Below, piece by piece: positions 29,827-39,129 of a stretch of 64,000 nt of DNA (positions within the stretch are counted from its first letter, which is position 1; each line of letters starts with the position of its first letter). Location: contig CAWDSK010000006.1 in the NCBI GenBank assembly GCA_963804995.1, positions 1,920,001 to 1,984,000 on the forward strand, read 5' to 3'. A model generated the notes under the pieces. That model had not been told where the DNA came from. It was given only the letters and a program-made list of their open reading frames with translations, and did no database searches. The stretch comes from an uncultured Acidobacteriota bacterium. Lineage in GTDB: Bacteria; Acidobacteriota; Terriglobia; UBA7540. The position numbers and the translations under genes were made by a program.

Positions 29827-32100
29827 TTATTTCCCCGTCCCGGCGTGGGGCGTACGTTGGGGTGGTTTGACGATGGCGAGTGGCACGCGCGCGAAGGCCA
29901 CGCGCTCGGCGGCTGGGTCGAGGACATTCACCTGCATCGTGTAGCGCCCGGTCGGGAATTTTTCGAGAGGAATCTGTGCGAAGTAAGTGGCCTTCTGTTC
30001 CGTTGTCTTTTCCAATTTTCCCGGGAACGGGCCGGCCTCCGCAAATTTCCTTCCCCGGCGGAAAAACACCAGCGCCACGGAGGGCGGCGTGGCAGGCCCA
30101 GGCGGCACTGCGGGCTGTCCGGCGGCAGGAGCCGGAGTCTTTCCCCCGTAGGATTCCAGATAAACCGTGAGCGTTTGATTCGAGCGGAACACGCGTGTCA
30201 CGCTGGGCAGAACGGAGCGGTTCCCCACCTGCAACGGCGCGCTCTTGTCGCGGTTCACTTTGGCGCGCGCAATTTCATCGGCCGGCTTCACTTCGTTCGA
30301 GAGCACCACGGAGCTCAGGCTCAGACCGGTGTCCGAAACATCCGGCACCTCGAGCGGCGCTTCGAACGTCCCGATCTTACCGCCTTCGTTTTCACGCACT
30401 ACGGCCTTCAAATTGTATTTCCCCGGCGGCAAACTGATTTCTCCTTCGTACAGCAGGTTGCCGCTGACCACTTCCTCAAAGGTATCGTTGGTCATCTTCA
30501 CAGGCAGCGTGTCGCGCAGCCCCGCCACGACATGCTTATGGGCGTCGGTAACTTCCCAGGCAAAATCAAATTCAGTTTCGCGCTTGCCTGACTTCCTGAG
30601 GAACGAAATCTCCGAGCCCGGGATTTTAGCGGCCAGGACAACCGTGAATTTCTTGTCGCCCCGGTGGAAGTATGCCGTGTCCACCACAAAGGGCAGATCG
30701 ACGAAAGGCATATCCAGGTTCATGGCCTCCTGAAGCTGCTCTTCCTTGTCCTGGCGGGTGAACTGGCGGAAATTCTTGGGGGCGAAATAGCCCGGGCGGG
30801 CCTGAATTTTCAAGCCCTGCCGGTCCACATCCACGCGGATATGCCGGAAGCGGCCATCCGACCGGGTGTTGCTGGGTGTATACCCAATCAGGTAATAACT
30901 GCTGTTTTCCCTCTGCACCTCGGTGAAAGCGGGCGTGAAATCGTTCAGGTCGTAGAAGAATCTTCCGCCGGTGTCGGTAGCAAGGGAAGCCAGCGTTTCG
31001 CGGCTCCCTTGTAACGCCGAAACCTGCGACACCATGGCCGACCCGGAATAGAGGGCCGTGCCGGAGGGGCTGGCCGAGGAGGCGTCGCCGCCCGGGGGCA
31101 GGGCCGCAAGGCCACGCGCGTCCATGGGGTAGAGGGAAACGTTGGCCTGGTTCGCCGCATTGAGGGTGGCGCGCAACTGCGCCTGGTTTTCCTGCCCTGT
31201 ACGCGAAATCCCACTCGAAAAGTGAATCACGGATTTGCGCCCCGGCACGTTGCGCAGCATTTGCGACAGCGATTCGATGGCAGCCATCTTCTGATCGGTA
31301 TTGAAGATGTTGAATTCGGTCTGATCGGGGGTGAAGGCGTCGGACAGATCCTGGGTCACAATTTCCATGCCATTGGCATCGGTCCCGCCTGCGTCGCCAA
31401 TCGACCCGGCCGCGGCCAGGGCGGAAGATTCCTCGCCGACCTGGATTGCGCGCAGCACCTTGGTGATGGAATCCCGGTCATTGGTGAAGTTCTGCACCAC
31501 TCGCAAGCTGGAAGAGTAAGTGACCACGGCGATCAAGTCAGCAGGCGTCATGCGGTGCGCCAGGAAGTCGTTCGAGGCTTTCAGCGCGCGCATCAGCTCA
31601 TCAGGTTGCATCGAGCTCAAGTCAAAGAAGAATACCAGGAGGCGATGGTCCTGGAGCACTTGTTCGGCATTGACCTCCGGTGGGAGCTTGGCCAAATCGA
31701 TGATCGGGGCGCGCTCGTTGCCTGCTGTCGCCTGAGCCAACTTCTCCACGTCCTCCAGGCTAAAAGAGGAGATGGTCTGCGGAACGCCGTCTTCCAGAAC
31801 ATGGAAATCCGACTGTTTTAAATCCGTGACAGGCTTGCCGGATTTGTCATAGACGCGGACATCGACCAGCACTACCGTGGTCTGGGCGCGCAGGACGAAG
31901 GCCTGTTGGGGACTTTTGGAAACCGGGGTGGAGCCCTTCACTTGGGAAAACGTCTGTGTTGCGAGGCCCGCCAGGGCAACAGCAAAGGCCGCACCACCAA
32001 GGCACAAAGACACAAAGAAGAGCAGAAGGGACAGGGCAATTGTTTTTTTGCTATCTGCCTTCCGGCCTTTCCTTGGTGTCTTGGTGTCTTGGTGGTGCAT
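29827..32100 (-). CDS. Acidobacterial VWA-domain protein (secreted)
   Basis: VLVDVRVYDKSGKPVTDL..DF.VLEDG, FFDLSSM, PGRKSVIHFS, LATDTGG, YYLIGYTP...DGRFRHIRV; start 32100 (ATG) or 32121 (TTG). Confidence 0.9.
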   Translation of the reverse strand: MHHQDTKTPRKGRKADSKKTIALSLLLFFVSLCLGGAAFAVALAGLATQTFSQVKGSTPVSKSPQQAFVLRAQTTVVLVDVRVYDKSGKPVTDLKQSDFHVLEDGVPQTISSFSLEDVEKLAQATAGNERAPIIDLAKLPPEVNAEQVLQDHRLLVFFFDLSSMQPDELMRALKASNDFLAHRMTPADLIAVVTYSSSLRVVQNFTNDRDSITKVLRAIQVGEESSALAAAGSIGDAGGTDANGMEIVTQDLSDAFTPDQTEFNIFNTDQKMAAIESLSQMLRNVPGRKSVIHFSSGISRTGQENQAQLRATLNAANQANVSLYPMDARGLAALPPGGDASSASPSGTALYSGSAMVSQVSALQGSRETLASLATDTGGRFFYDLNDFTPAFTEVQRENSSYYLIGYTPSNTRSDGRFRHIRVDVDRQGLKIQARPGYFAPKNFRQFTRQDKEEQLQEAMNLDMPFVDLPFVVDTAYFHRGDKKFTVVLAAKIPGSEISFLRKSGKRETEFDFAWEVTDAHKHVVAGLRDTLPVKMTNDTFEEVVSGNLLYEGEISLPPGKYNLKAVVRENEGGKIGTFEAPLEVPDVSDTGLSLSSVVLSNEVKPADEIARAKVNRDKSAPLQVGNRSVLPSVTRVFRSNQTLTVYLESYGGKTPAPAAGQPAVPPGPATPPSVALVFFRRGRKFAEAGPFPGKLEKTTEQKATYFAQIPLEKFPTGRYTMQVNVLDPAAERVAFARVPLAIVKPPQRTPHAGTGK
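31991..32098. repeat. Family R2 palindromic element with 8-nt periodic arms, inside the VWA gene 5' end
   Basis: GCACCACCAAGGCACAAAGACACAAAG...CCTTGGTGTCTTGGTGTCTTGGTGGTGC. Confidence 0.8.
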
Positions 32101-32131
32101 CTTTTGAGTTCCGAGATCCAAATACCTTGGG

Positions 32132-35100
32132 TCAGAAGTTCATCCGCAAACTGAGCGTGACGGCGCGCATGGCGCCGACGCCGGTGACCCAGCCAAAATT
32201 CTGGGCGTTGAAAAACGTTGCAACACCTGAATAATTCGGGTGGTTGAAGATATTGTTAGAGTCGATGCTCAATCGGCCGCGTATCCGCTTCTCCTGCGAG
32301 AAGGTAAAGAAGCGTCCGAGGGACATGTTGAAGTTAACTGTACCAGGTCCGGTGATGGTATTTCTTCCCGCCGTGCCGTATTGCCCCGCAGCCGGAAGCG
32401 CGAACGCCGCGGTGTTGAAGAAATCCTTCGTGGTCCGCTCCGAGCGCGGCAGGCTGACGGCAAGGCCGGTGGCATCAGGGCGCTCGGAAGCGAACGCGCC
32501 CGAACCGTTGTTATTCGACTGGTTCCCGGCCACCTGCGCCGTCAAGGGCATCCCGGATTGCAACGTGGTCACGCCGCTGATCTGCCAGTCGCCGATGACC
32601 CGAGCAAAGACCCCGCCCCGGTTCAGGAAACGGCGCTGCGCCCCGAATGGAAACTCATAAGTATGGTTGATGATCAACTTGTTGCGGACGTCGAAGGTGG
32701 AAAGCGCGCGTTCGGCCTCGAGATCAAAACTATTCTGCGGCACATTGTGGCCGGAGCCACCCACGCTGGCGGCGTCATCGATGCTTTTCCCCCACACGTA
32801 GTTGCCGCTCATCGAGAACCCCCCATGGAACTGCCGCCGCAGACTCACTTGTAGCCCATTGTAAATCGAGGCCGCGCCGGAAGTTTCATAGAGAAACTGC
32901 TGGACGTTGGGGATGGAGGTTTGCTGCGAACCGGAAGCGCTGGGGTTCACACTGTTGGGCGAGAGCAGCAAATCGAGCTTCGTTCCCTTGGTGCCCACGT
33001 AGCCCACCGAAAGGATGACATTGCGAACCAGTTCCTGCTCAGCGCTGACGTTCCAACTTTGCGCGTAGGGCCGGCGGAAATTAGGGTCCGCCGCATAGGT
33101 GTTATGAATCGTGTTGGCAGAAATCGTCGGGAAGCCGTCCTGGAGCGTCAACTGCTGCTGCGGGTTGGTGGTCAGTGTGGAGGCCTGCGCGAAGGGCGGC
33201 TGGTCCACCATGTTGGTCACCAGGCGTGAGTAAATACTGCCGTCGTAAAAGAGGCCGTATCCCCCGCGCAGCACAAGATGATGCTGAATCCATGGCCGGT
33301 AGGCGAGGCCCACACGGGGCGAGAAGTTATGCGCGTCGCTGTGAATGAACGAGGAGGGCAATGTACCGGGGTGTAGCCCCGTATCCACTTCCGGCGAGGT
33401 GAACCCGGGTGCAAACGACAAGTCCGACAGGTGCCCGTATTTTTCGGTGAAGGGCAGGAAGTATTCGTAGCGGAGACCATAATTCGCCGTCAGGTGCGAG
33501 CCCACGCGCCAATCATCCTGAATGAAGGCCGAAGTCGCCCAGGCACGGAGATAATTGCTGGCGACACCGTAACGAACCGAGGTGGTCTGCGGGAGGCCGA
33601 GCAGAAAATCCGTAAAGTCAAAGCCCGTGCCGGCCACGGGAAAGCCGTTGCTGAAGTTGCTGGTACCGTAGCCGGTGAAGCTGAAGGTGCCGCGCGCATT
33701 GGGGTCAGTCTCGGTATTCTGTTGGATGCGGCGCAGGTCACCCCCCAGGCGAATATTGTGTTTGCCGCGGTTCCAAATCAGGGTGTCGTTGGCGCGAATC
33801 GTTTGGGGGCGGGTGAGCGACGGAAGCGGGTCGTTCAAGCCTCCAAAATTGGTGAATCCAATCCCCGGAATTCCCCAATCAAAGGGATTGGTTGAGACCC
33901 CCGCAATCCCCAACTGCGCGGCAATGTCATCCAGATACGCAAAGGCATTCAGCGTAGAACTCCGCTGGCGGCTGAAGTTCAACGCCGCGGTGTTAACCAG
34001 GTGAGGATTAAAGGTGTGCGTCTCGCTCAGATTCACACTCTGGCCGCGGCTGGAGGTATGGGAAGTCAAGGCGGGGAAGCCGGAAACGGATCGGCTGCGC
34101 GCTGAATTGAAATTGTACATAACGTTCAGACTGTCTTTGGAATTGATTTGCTGTCCGATGCGGGCCATCACGCGGTCATTGGCCGTGGGTAGGGACTCCT
34201 GCAAGCGATAGTTCTGCACCGTGCCCGGGAGGTTGGGCAAGGGGATGTAACTCAGTAAACCAGTGGCGGCGGAATTCAGGCGCGGGGTCGGGATGATGTT
34301 TCCCATAAATGCCGCGCGCGCGCCCGTCGCGCTTGACAGCGGATCGTAGAGGGTCGGAACCGTCCCCGCATAGGGTCCGGAGGGGATGAGAGCGCCGGAA
34401 AAGTCGCCCAAGCGCTCCGCGGCAGTCGGAACCGTTGCGAAATTGCTGAGACCATTTTGCCCGCGCTGCAGGTTGTAACTCGCAAACCAACTCGTTTTGT
34501 CGCGCGCGTTCAAAATCCTGGGGATCACAAGTGGACCGCCCAGCGAGAACCCGAAAGTCTCATGATAGGAGGGGACCTGGGGCAACGAAGCTACGTTCAG
34601 AGGATAGGGATGCGCGTCAAAAGCGGAGTTGGCGTACTGCTCAGTGATGTTGCCCCGGACGCGGTTCGTCTGGGAACGATTGCGACCCCAGCCGCGCACT
34701 CCTCCGCCCCCACCACCACCTCCACCACCGAATCCACCGCCTCCACCCCCGAACCCACCGCCACCAGGGCCACCTTGGCCCGGGCCACCGCCGAATGGAC
34801 CGCCCCCGCCAGGGCCACCCTCACCGGGGCCGCCACCGAATTCACCGCCACCCCCGAATCCACCACCACCACGCATCCGGCCGCCGCGCCCGCCGCCAAA
34901 TCCGCCCTCGCCTGGACCGGCCATGTTCCCCATTCCGCCGGCCAGCAGAAAGGAATTGGCTGCACTTGCGGAGGTATCAACTTCCGAAGTCTCGGCGGAG
35001 ACGGGGTTCTCAATACCGGCGCCCTCGGCAATGCGCACGGATCCTGCCGCCCCGCCCGCCCCGGGGCCCTCGCCGGGAGTTTCTTCGGAATCGCCAAGAC

Positions 35101-35554
35101 TCTCGGGACGGTCGCGTCTTTCCATAGGCAAGTTCGCGAGATCACCTCTGGGGCGGGCGGGAGCCTGGGTCTTCTGAGGCGCGCTGCTTTCCGGTAGGGC
35201 GAGCACCAGCGCCACGTTCACCTTGAGTACCTTGTCGGACGTTACCGGTACCGGTTCGCGCGCATCAGGCCGGAATCCAACCAGTGATACGTCAATGCGA
35301 TACGTTCCAGGCTTGATATCATTGAATGTATAATCACCTGACTCGTCAGTCCAGGTTTCCTTGCGCTCGCCAGTTTGGGGGTTGGTGAGCTGAACGGTCG
35401 CGCCAGGCACGGAGGTGGCACCGGGGCCGCGTACGTGCCCGGTAATCGTCCCGGAGGTTGGCGTTTGGCCAAACAACAGGTTGGCGGCCAAAATCCCCAG
35501 AGCGAGAAATGTCCAGGCAGTTTTGATGAATCCTGCGGTTTTTCCCAATTGCAC
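32132..35554 (-). CDS. Oar-like TonB-dependent receptor (carboxypeptidase-regulatory N-domain, Gly-rich insert)
   Basis: GTITGHV..PGATVQL...G.Y.F...PGTY, FIQDDWRV, NFSPRVGLAY, GRNTITGPG, NIFNHPN, C-terminal F. Confidence 0.92.
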   Translation of the reverse strand: MQLGKTAGFIKTAWTFLALGILAANLLFGQTPTSGTITGHVRGPGATSVPGATVQLTNPQTGERKETWTDESGDYTFNDIKPGTYRIDVSLVGFRPDAREPVPVTSDKVLKVNVALVLALPESSAPQKTQAPARPRGDLANLPMERRDRPESLGDSEETPGEGPGAGGAAGSVRIAEGAGIENPVSAETSEVDTSASAANSFLLAGGMGNMAGPGEGGFGGGRGGRMRGGGGFGGGGEFGGGPGEGGPGGGGPFGGGPGQGGPGGGGFGGGGGGFGGGGGGGGGGVRGWGRNRSQTNRVRGNITEQYANSAFDAHPYPLNVASLPQVPSYHETFGFSLGGPLVIPRILNARDKTSWFASYNLQRGQNGLSNFATVPTAAERLGDFSGALIPSGPYAGTVPTLYDPLSSATGARAAFMGNIIPTPRLNSAATGLLSYIPLPNLPGTVQNYRLQESLPTANDRVMARIGQQINSKDSLNVMYNFNSARSRSVSGFPALTSHTSSRGQSVNLSETHTFNPHLVNTAALNFSRQRSSTLNAFAYLDDIAAQLGIAGVSTNPFDWGIPGIGFTNFGGLNDPLPSLTRPQTIRANDTLIWNRGKHNIRLGGDLRRIQQNTETDPNARGTFSFTGYGTSNFSNGFPVAGTGFDFTDFLLGLPQTTSVRYGVASNYLRAWATSAFIQDDWRVGSHLTANYGLRYEYFLPFTEKYGHLSDLSFAPGFTSPEVDTGLHPGTLPSSFIHSDAHNFSPRVGLAYRPWIQHHLVLRGGYGLFYDGSIYSRLVTNMVDQPPFAQASTLTTNPQQQLTLQDGFPTISANTIHNTYAADPNFRRPYAQSWNVSAEQELVRNVILSVGYVGTKGTKLDLLLSPNSVNPSASGSQQTSIPNVQQFLYETSGAASIYNGLQVSLRRQFHGGFSMSGNYVWGKSIDDAASVGGSGHNVPQNSFDLEAERALSTFDVRNKLIINHTYEFPFGAQRRFLNRGGVFARVIGDWQISGVTTLQSGMPLTAQVAGNQSNNNGSGAFASERPDATGLAVSLPRSERTTKDFFNTAAFALPAAGQYGTAGRNTITGPGTVNFNMSLGRFFTFSQEKRIRGRLSIDSNNIFNHPNYSGVATFFNAQNFGWVTGVGAMRAVTLSLRMNF

Positions 35555-35678
35555 TCGCGATTTTCCCCGCTGGCTACACTTCTTTGAGCTTACACCGAGT
35601 GTGTACGTATTCCAACCTCAAACGGTTACAAAGTAACCCGGGGCGTCTGACGAACGTCAAAGGCAGGCGGAGGGCTCT

Positions 35679-36449
35679 GTGCGCAATAAGGTCTTTTTGT
35701 GTCTCCTGCTTCTTGTCATCCTCGCAAGTTTCGGCACTCTGGCAGCACAGGATAAGCCCCCAGCTCCGGGGCAGGAACCGCCACGCCGGGGCATGGGTGG
35801 CGCGCCGGTAATGGGAACCGTAGCCTCCGTAGGCGTCGATCGCTTTCAAGTCAAGCAACCGGATGGCGTTACCGCGACCGTCCTGGTTAACGACCAGACG
35901 CGCTACCGCCAGGAACAGCAGGAATTTCAATTGGAGGACCTCAAGGTTGGCGATCACGTGTTTGTGCGTGGCACACCCAATTCCGACAAACAAGTTGTGG
36001 CTGTTGGTGTTCGACGCATGACTGAGGAACAGTTCCAGAGATTCCAAAGCGGCGCTCCTGGCGGTGGCCCGGCCGGTCCAGGGGGTGGACGAGGAGGCCC
36101 TGGAGGTGGCAATTGGGGACCCGGTGGCGGCCAGGGAGGTCCAGGCGCTGGCAACCGGGCGGGCGGCGAAATTCTTTCCATTGACCAGAACCAGATCAAG
36201 GTGCGCGGCCGCCAAGGTGAGAGAGTCATCGTGGTCAATGACCAGAATACCTTCGACAAAGAGGGCCAGTCGATCACGTTGAAAGACCTCAAAGTCGGCG
36301 ACCGCATCTTTGCCACGGGAAAAGAAGTGGACGGCAAATTCGTGGCCACCGAGGTCAGGTCGGGCCGCATGGGAATGGGCCAGGGGCGGCGCTTTGGCCC
36401 ACCGGGAGTCGAGCCCCACACTCCAATCAATCCTCCCACTCAGCAATGA
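35679..36449 (+). CDS. Secreted DUF5666-like repeat protein
   Basis: Signal peptide; two domains with V.VNDQT...L.DLKVGD.VF..G; Gly/Pro-rich linker. Confidence 0.8.
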   Translation: MRNKVFLCLLLLVILASFGTLAAQDKPPAPGQEPPRRGMGGAPVMGTVASVGVDRFQVKQPDGVTATVLVNDQTRYRQEQQEFQLEDLKVGDHVFVRGTPNSDKQVVAVGVRRMTEEQFQRFQSGAPGGGPAGPGGGRGGPGGGNWGPGGGQGGPGAGNRAGGEILSIDQNQIKVRGRQGERVIVVNDQNTFDKEGQSITLKDLKVGDRIFATGKEVDGKFVATEVRSGRMGMGQGRRFGPPGVEPHTPINPPTQQ

Positions 36450-36538
36450 ACTGAAGGTTGATGCAGAACGAGAGGCTTGGTTTGCGCGGAACCCTGCCGC
36501 CACACCTCAAGCCCCTACTCAAGAAGGAGAGTAATTCC

Positions 36539-37063
36539 CTACTTCACCACCGAGAGACGGCAGTGAATATTCCTCGCCGGGAAAATCCAGGCAAAGTGTT
36601 TTTCGTAGAAATCCATCGAGAGTTTTGCAATCAATCGCCCTAAATTATCCAACAGGAAATTCCCGCCGAAGGTGAGGCGCCGCTCGAGAATGCGGAAGCC
36701 ACCCCCGCCGTAGGTAAAATCCTGAAAGCTGTCCTGAACGAAGTAATCGAAGCTGCGCAGCCCCAGGTGCACAAGGTGTGAGGGATCGGTGTAGGAATCG
36801 CGCGAGCTGTAATGTGGCGTGACGATTTCAACCTCCGCGCCGGCCTTCGCCACGCGGTGCACTTCCGCCATGGCGCGCAGGACGTCAGACTGGTGCTCGA
36901 GCAAATGGGAGAGATAGATCTTATCCGCGCAGTTATCCCGGATCGGCCAGGGAAAGTGCATGAGCTCGCAAAGAACATCTGCGTTCGAGCCCGGCTGGCG
37001 ATCGAGCCCGATGGCCTCCGCTACCTGTTTCTTCTTTCCACAGCCAATGTCGAGAATGAGCAT
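36539..37063 (-). CDS. Class I SAM-dependent methyltransferase
   Basis: ILDIGCG, SHLLEH, EVHRVAKAG, PHYSS...DPSH. Confidence 0.85.
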   Translation of the reverse strand: MLILDIGCGKKKQVAEAIGLDRQPGSNADVLCELMHFPWPIRDNCADKIYLSHLLEHQSDVLRAMAEVHRVAKAGAEVEIVTPHYSSRDSYTDPSHLVHLGLRSFDYFVQDSFQDFTYGGGGFRILERRLTFGGNFLLDNLGRLIAKLSMDFYEKHFAWIFPARNIHCRLSVVK

Positions 37064-37069
37064 TGTTTT

Positions 37070-37330
37070 AAATCCGGAATCTTGAATCCGCAATCTCGAA
37101 TCCCCGTCCCTGCTCACAAGCATCCGGAATCATGAGTTTGCAATCTTGAATCGCTGCATGCGTTTACTGGCATCCGGAATCATGAGTTTGCAATCTTGAA
37201 TCGCTGCGCCCGTTTACATCCGGAATCTGGAATCCGGAATCTTGAATCGCCTTTCCCGCGCGGCCAGAGGGGCTTCCGATTCCTTATTCCCTATTTCCTG
37301 TTCCCTGTTCCCTATTCCCTGTTCCCTTCC
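37070..37330. repeat. Heptamer tandem repeats plus a 38-bp direct repeat
   Basis: GAATCC/GAATCT-type and CCCTATT/CCCTGTT 7-mers; GCATCCGGAATCATGAGTTTGCAATCTTGAATCGCTGC at about 37120 and 37170. Confidence 0.8.
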
Positions 37331-37331
37331 C

Positions 37332-38969
37332 CTACTCTACCACCAGCAAGGCGTGGGGCGGCAGTCGCAGGATCGCGCCGTCGGAAGCGAGTGTGGCGCC
37401 GTCGGTCGCATAGACTTTGGTGTATTTGCGCGCCATCCCTGCCATTCCCGCGAGGCTGCAAGTCACCGGAAGTTCCGTGTAGTTCACCACCGCCACGCGC
37501 CCCCCCAGTGGGAAGACCGCCACACGTGGTGGAGCGTTGAGCGAAGTTACGGTGAATTCTGAAACTTTGTTGCGCAGTTCCGCAAGCGCCGTGCGCAGCT
37601 CCGGCGTGAGTTGCGCCACGCGATTCTGCGCATCCACGCGGGTAAGCTGCGGCAGCGCTTCGGAGAAGATCACCAGCTTTCCATTTCCCACCACAACAGT
37701 TTTAAGGTAATGGTCCTTTTCGAGATCGAGCGATTCCTGGACGGGCAATCGCGGATCAGCATTGAGCCGATGCGCGAGGCTCTGGCTCAGGAAGCCCGTA
37801 CCGGCGGCGGCAAGGAAGCGCGCGAGCTTGGGAACAAACTCCGCATCCTCGAGCGCGTGAACTGTGAAGAGTGCGCCCCGGGCGGTCGTGGGAAAATGCG
37901 CGGTGGGGGCAAGAGGAATTCCCAGCATACCGATCTCATCGAAAATGTACTCTTCGTTTGCGGGCTCGCTCGACACGGGCTTGTAGGTCGGAAGGCCGCC
38001 CCAGCCGGAAACGAATTTGGCGAGCGAGTCATACTGCGGGCGGCGCAAGGCAAGCGCCTCCGCCTGGCCGCGGAATTCCTGCGAGGTCAGCGCCCCGTAG
38101 TGGAAAAGGAAAACCTCCTGCGCGCCCGCCAGCACCGTGGTCAGCGGCTGATCGAGGTACAGAGTGGGTGTCGTGCCGTAAGTGTCGAACCACCCCCCGC
38201 CGGTCTTGGCCCCTCCGACATCGGTGAGCCACCGATAAATGAAGTAGCCCTCGTATTGCTGCTTATGGCCCCACTGGTCGGAACTGGGATCGCGCAACTC
38301 CGTGCCCACCCAGATGCGGTCGTAGAGTGCGGCTTCCTGGTCCGGCACGTAGCCGCGGTCCTGGAAGTGGTCGTACCACTGGGGGAACTTCAAAATCACT
38401 TTCACATTCGGATTCACGGCGCGGGCCGGGCCCAGGACGCGTTCGCGGCTCATCTGGAGCATCAGCTTCTCGCGATATTGCCTCCAGCTCTGTGCACCTT
38501 TCGCCGCCGCGCATTCCGAGCATTCGCAATCCGTGAAAAAGAAATCGTCGATCATGATTTCGTCAAACAGAGCGGCAGTGAAGCAGAAGATCGACTCCAG
38601 CCGCTCCTGGTTCTGGCGATGGGTGTAACAACAGGCCACCGGCCAGTCGCTGGACGGCTTACCGATTCCGGTGGTCGTAACGCAGCCGGAAACCTTCAGG
38701 CCGGCCTGCCGGAAAAATTCGCGCGCGGCTGTGAGGGTGGCTTCCTCCGCCTGGTAACCGTCGCGGAAGGCTTCGATGTAAACCTTGGTGATACCCATCT
38801 TGCGGCAGAATTCCAGCGCCTCCTGGCGGCCCGACGCGCCCGCAAGGTGATCACGCACATCCTGGGCGGTAAAAAGCGTGGACCACTCAACGGCCGTGAG
38901 GGGACGGGGCGAAACAAGCAATGCGCCCAAGAAGAGCGCGGCGAGCACGGCTCCGAAAAACTTCCGCAT
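37332..38969 (-). CDS. Secreted hypothetical protein, possibly TIM-barrel glycoside hydrolase-like
   Basis: Signal peptide MRKFF..., KVYIEAFR, EIMIDDFFFTDCECSEC, IWVGTELRDP, GGWFD. Confidence 0.6.
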   Translation of the reverse strand: MRKFFGAVLAALFLGALLVSPRPLTAVEWSTLFTAQDVRDHLAGASGRQEALEFCRKMGITKVYIEAFRDGYQAEEATLTAAREFFRQAGLKVSGCVTTTGIGKPSSDWPVACCYTHRQNQERLESIFCFTAALFDEIMIDDFFFTDCECSECAAAKGAQSWRQYREKLMLQMSRERVLGPARAVNPNVKVILKFPQWYDHFQDRGYVPDQEAALYDRIWVGTELRDPSSDQWGHKQQYEGYFIYRWLTDVGGAKTGGGWFDTYGTTPTLYLDQPLTTVLAGAQEVFLFHYGALTSQEFRGQAEALALRRPQYDSLAKFVSGWGGLPTYKPVSSEPANEEYIFDEIGMLGIPLAPTAHFPTTARGALFTVHALEDAEFVPKLARFLAAAGTGFLSQSLAHRLNADPRLPVQESLDLEKDHYLKTVVVGNGKLVIFSEALPQLTRVDAQNRVAQLTPELRTALAELRNKVSEFTVTSLNAPPRVAVFPLGGRVAVVNYTELPVTCSLAGMAGMARKYTKVYATDGATLASDGAILRLPPHALLVVE

Positions 38970-39129
38970 AAAACTCGGTGACTTATCGGAGGATGATGGC
39001 ATCAAGGAAGGTCTCCTTGGGGGAAGATGGCCAGACAGGGCCAAGACACCTTGCCTGCCCCACGCGGGGCGTAGATGCACACCATAGCGGAATCGAGAGG
39101 CAAAGGGAAGGGGGCCACGGGCGGGGCTA

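Noticed and set aside
34457..35197. Pro-rich and Thr-rich ORFs on the + strand
   Set aside because: Antisense shadows of the Gly-rich tract of the TonB receptor.
37070..37260. Mini-CRISPR from the 38-bp direct repeats
   Set aside because: Only two copies with a ~12-nt spacer, built from heptamer repeats.
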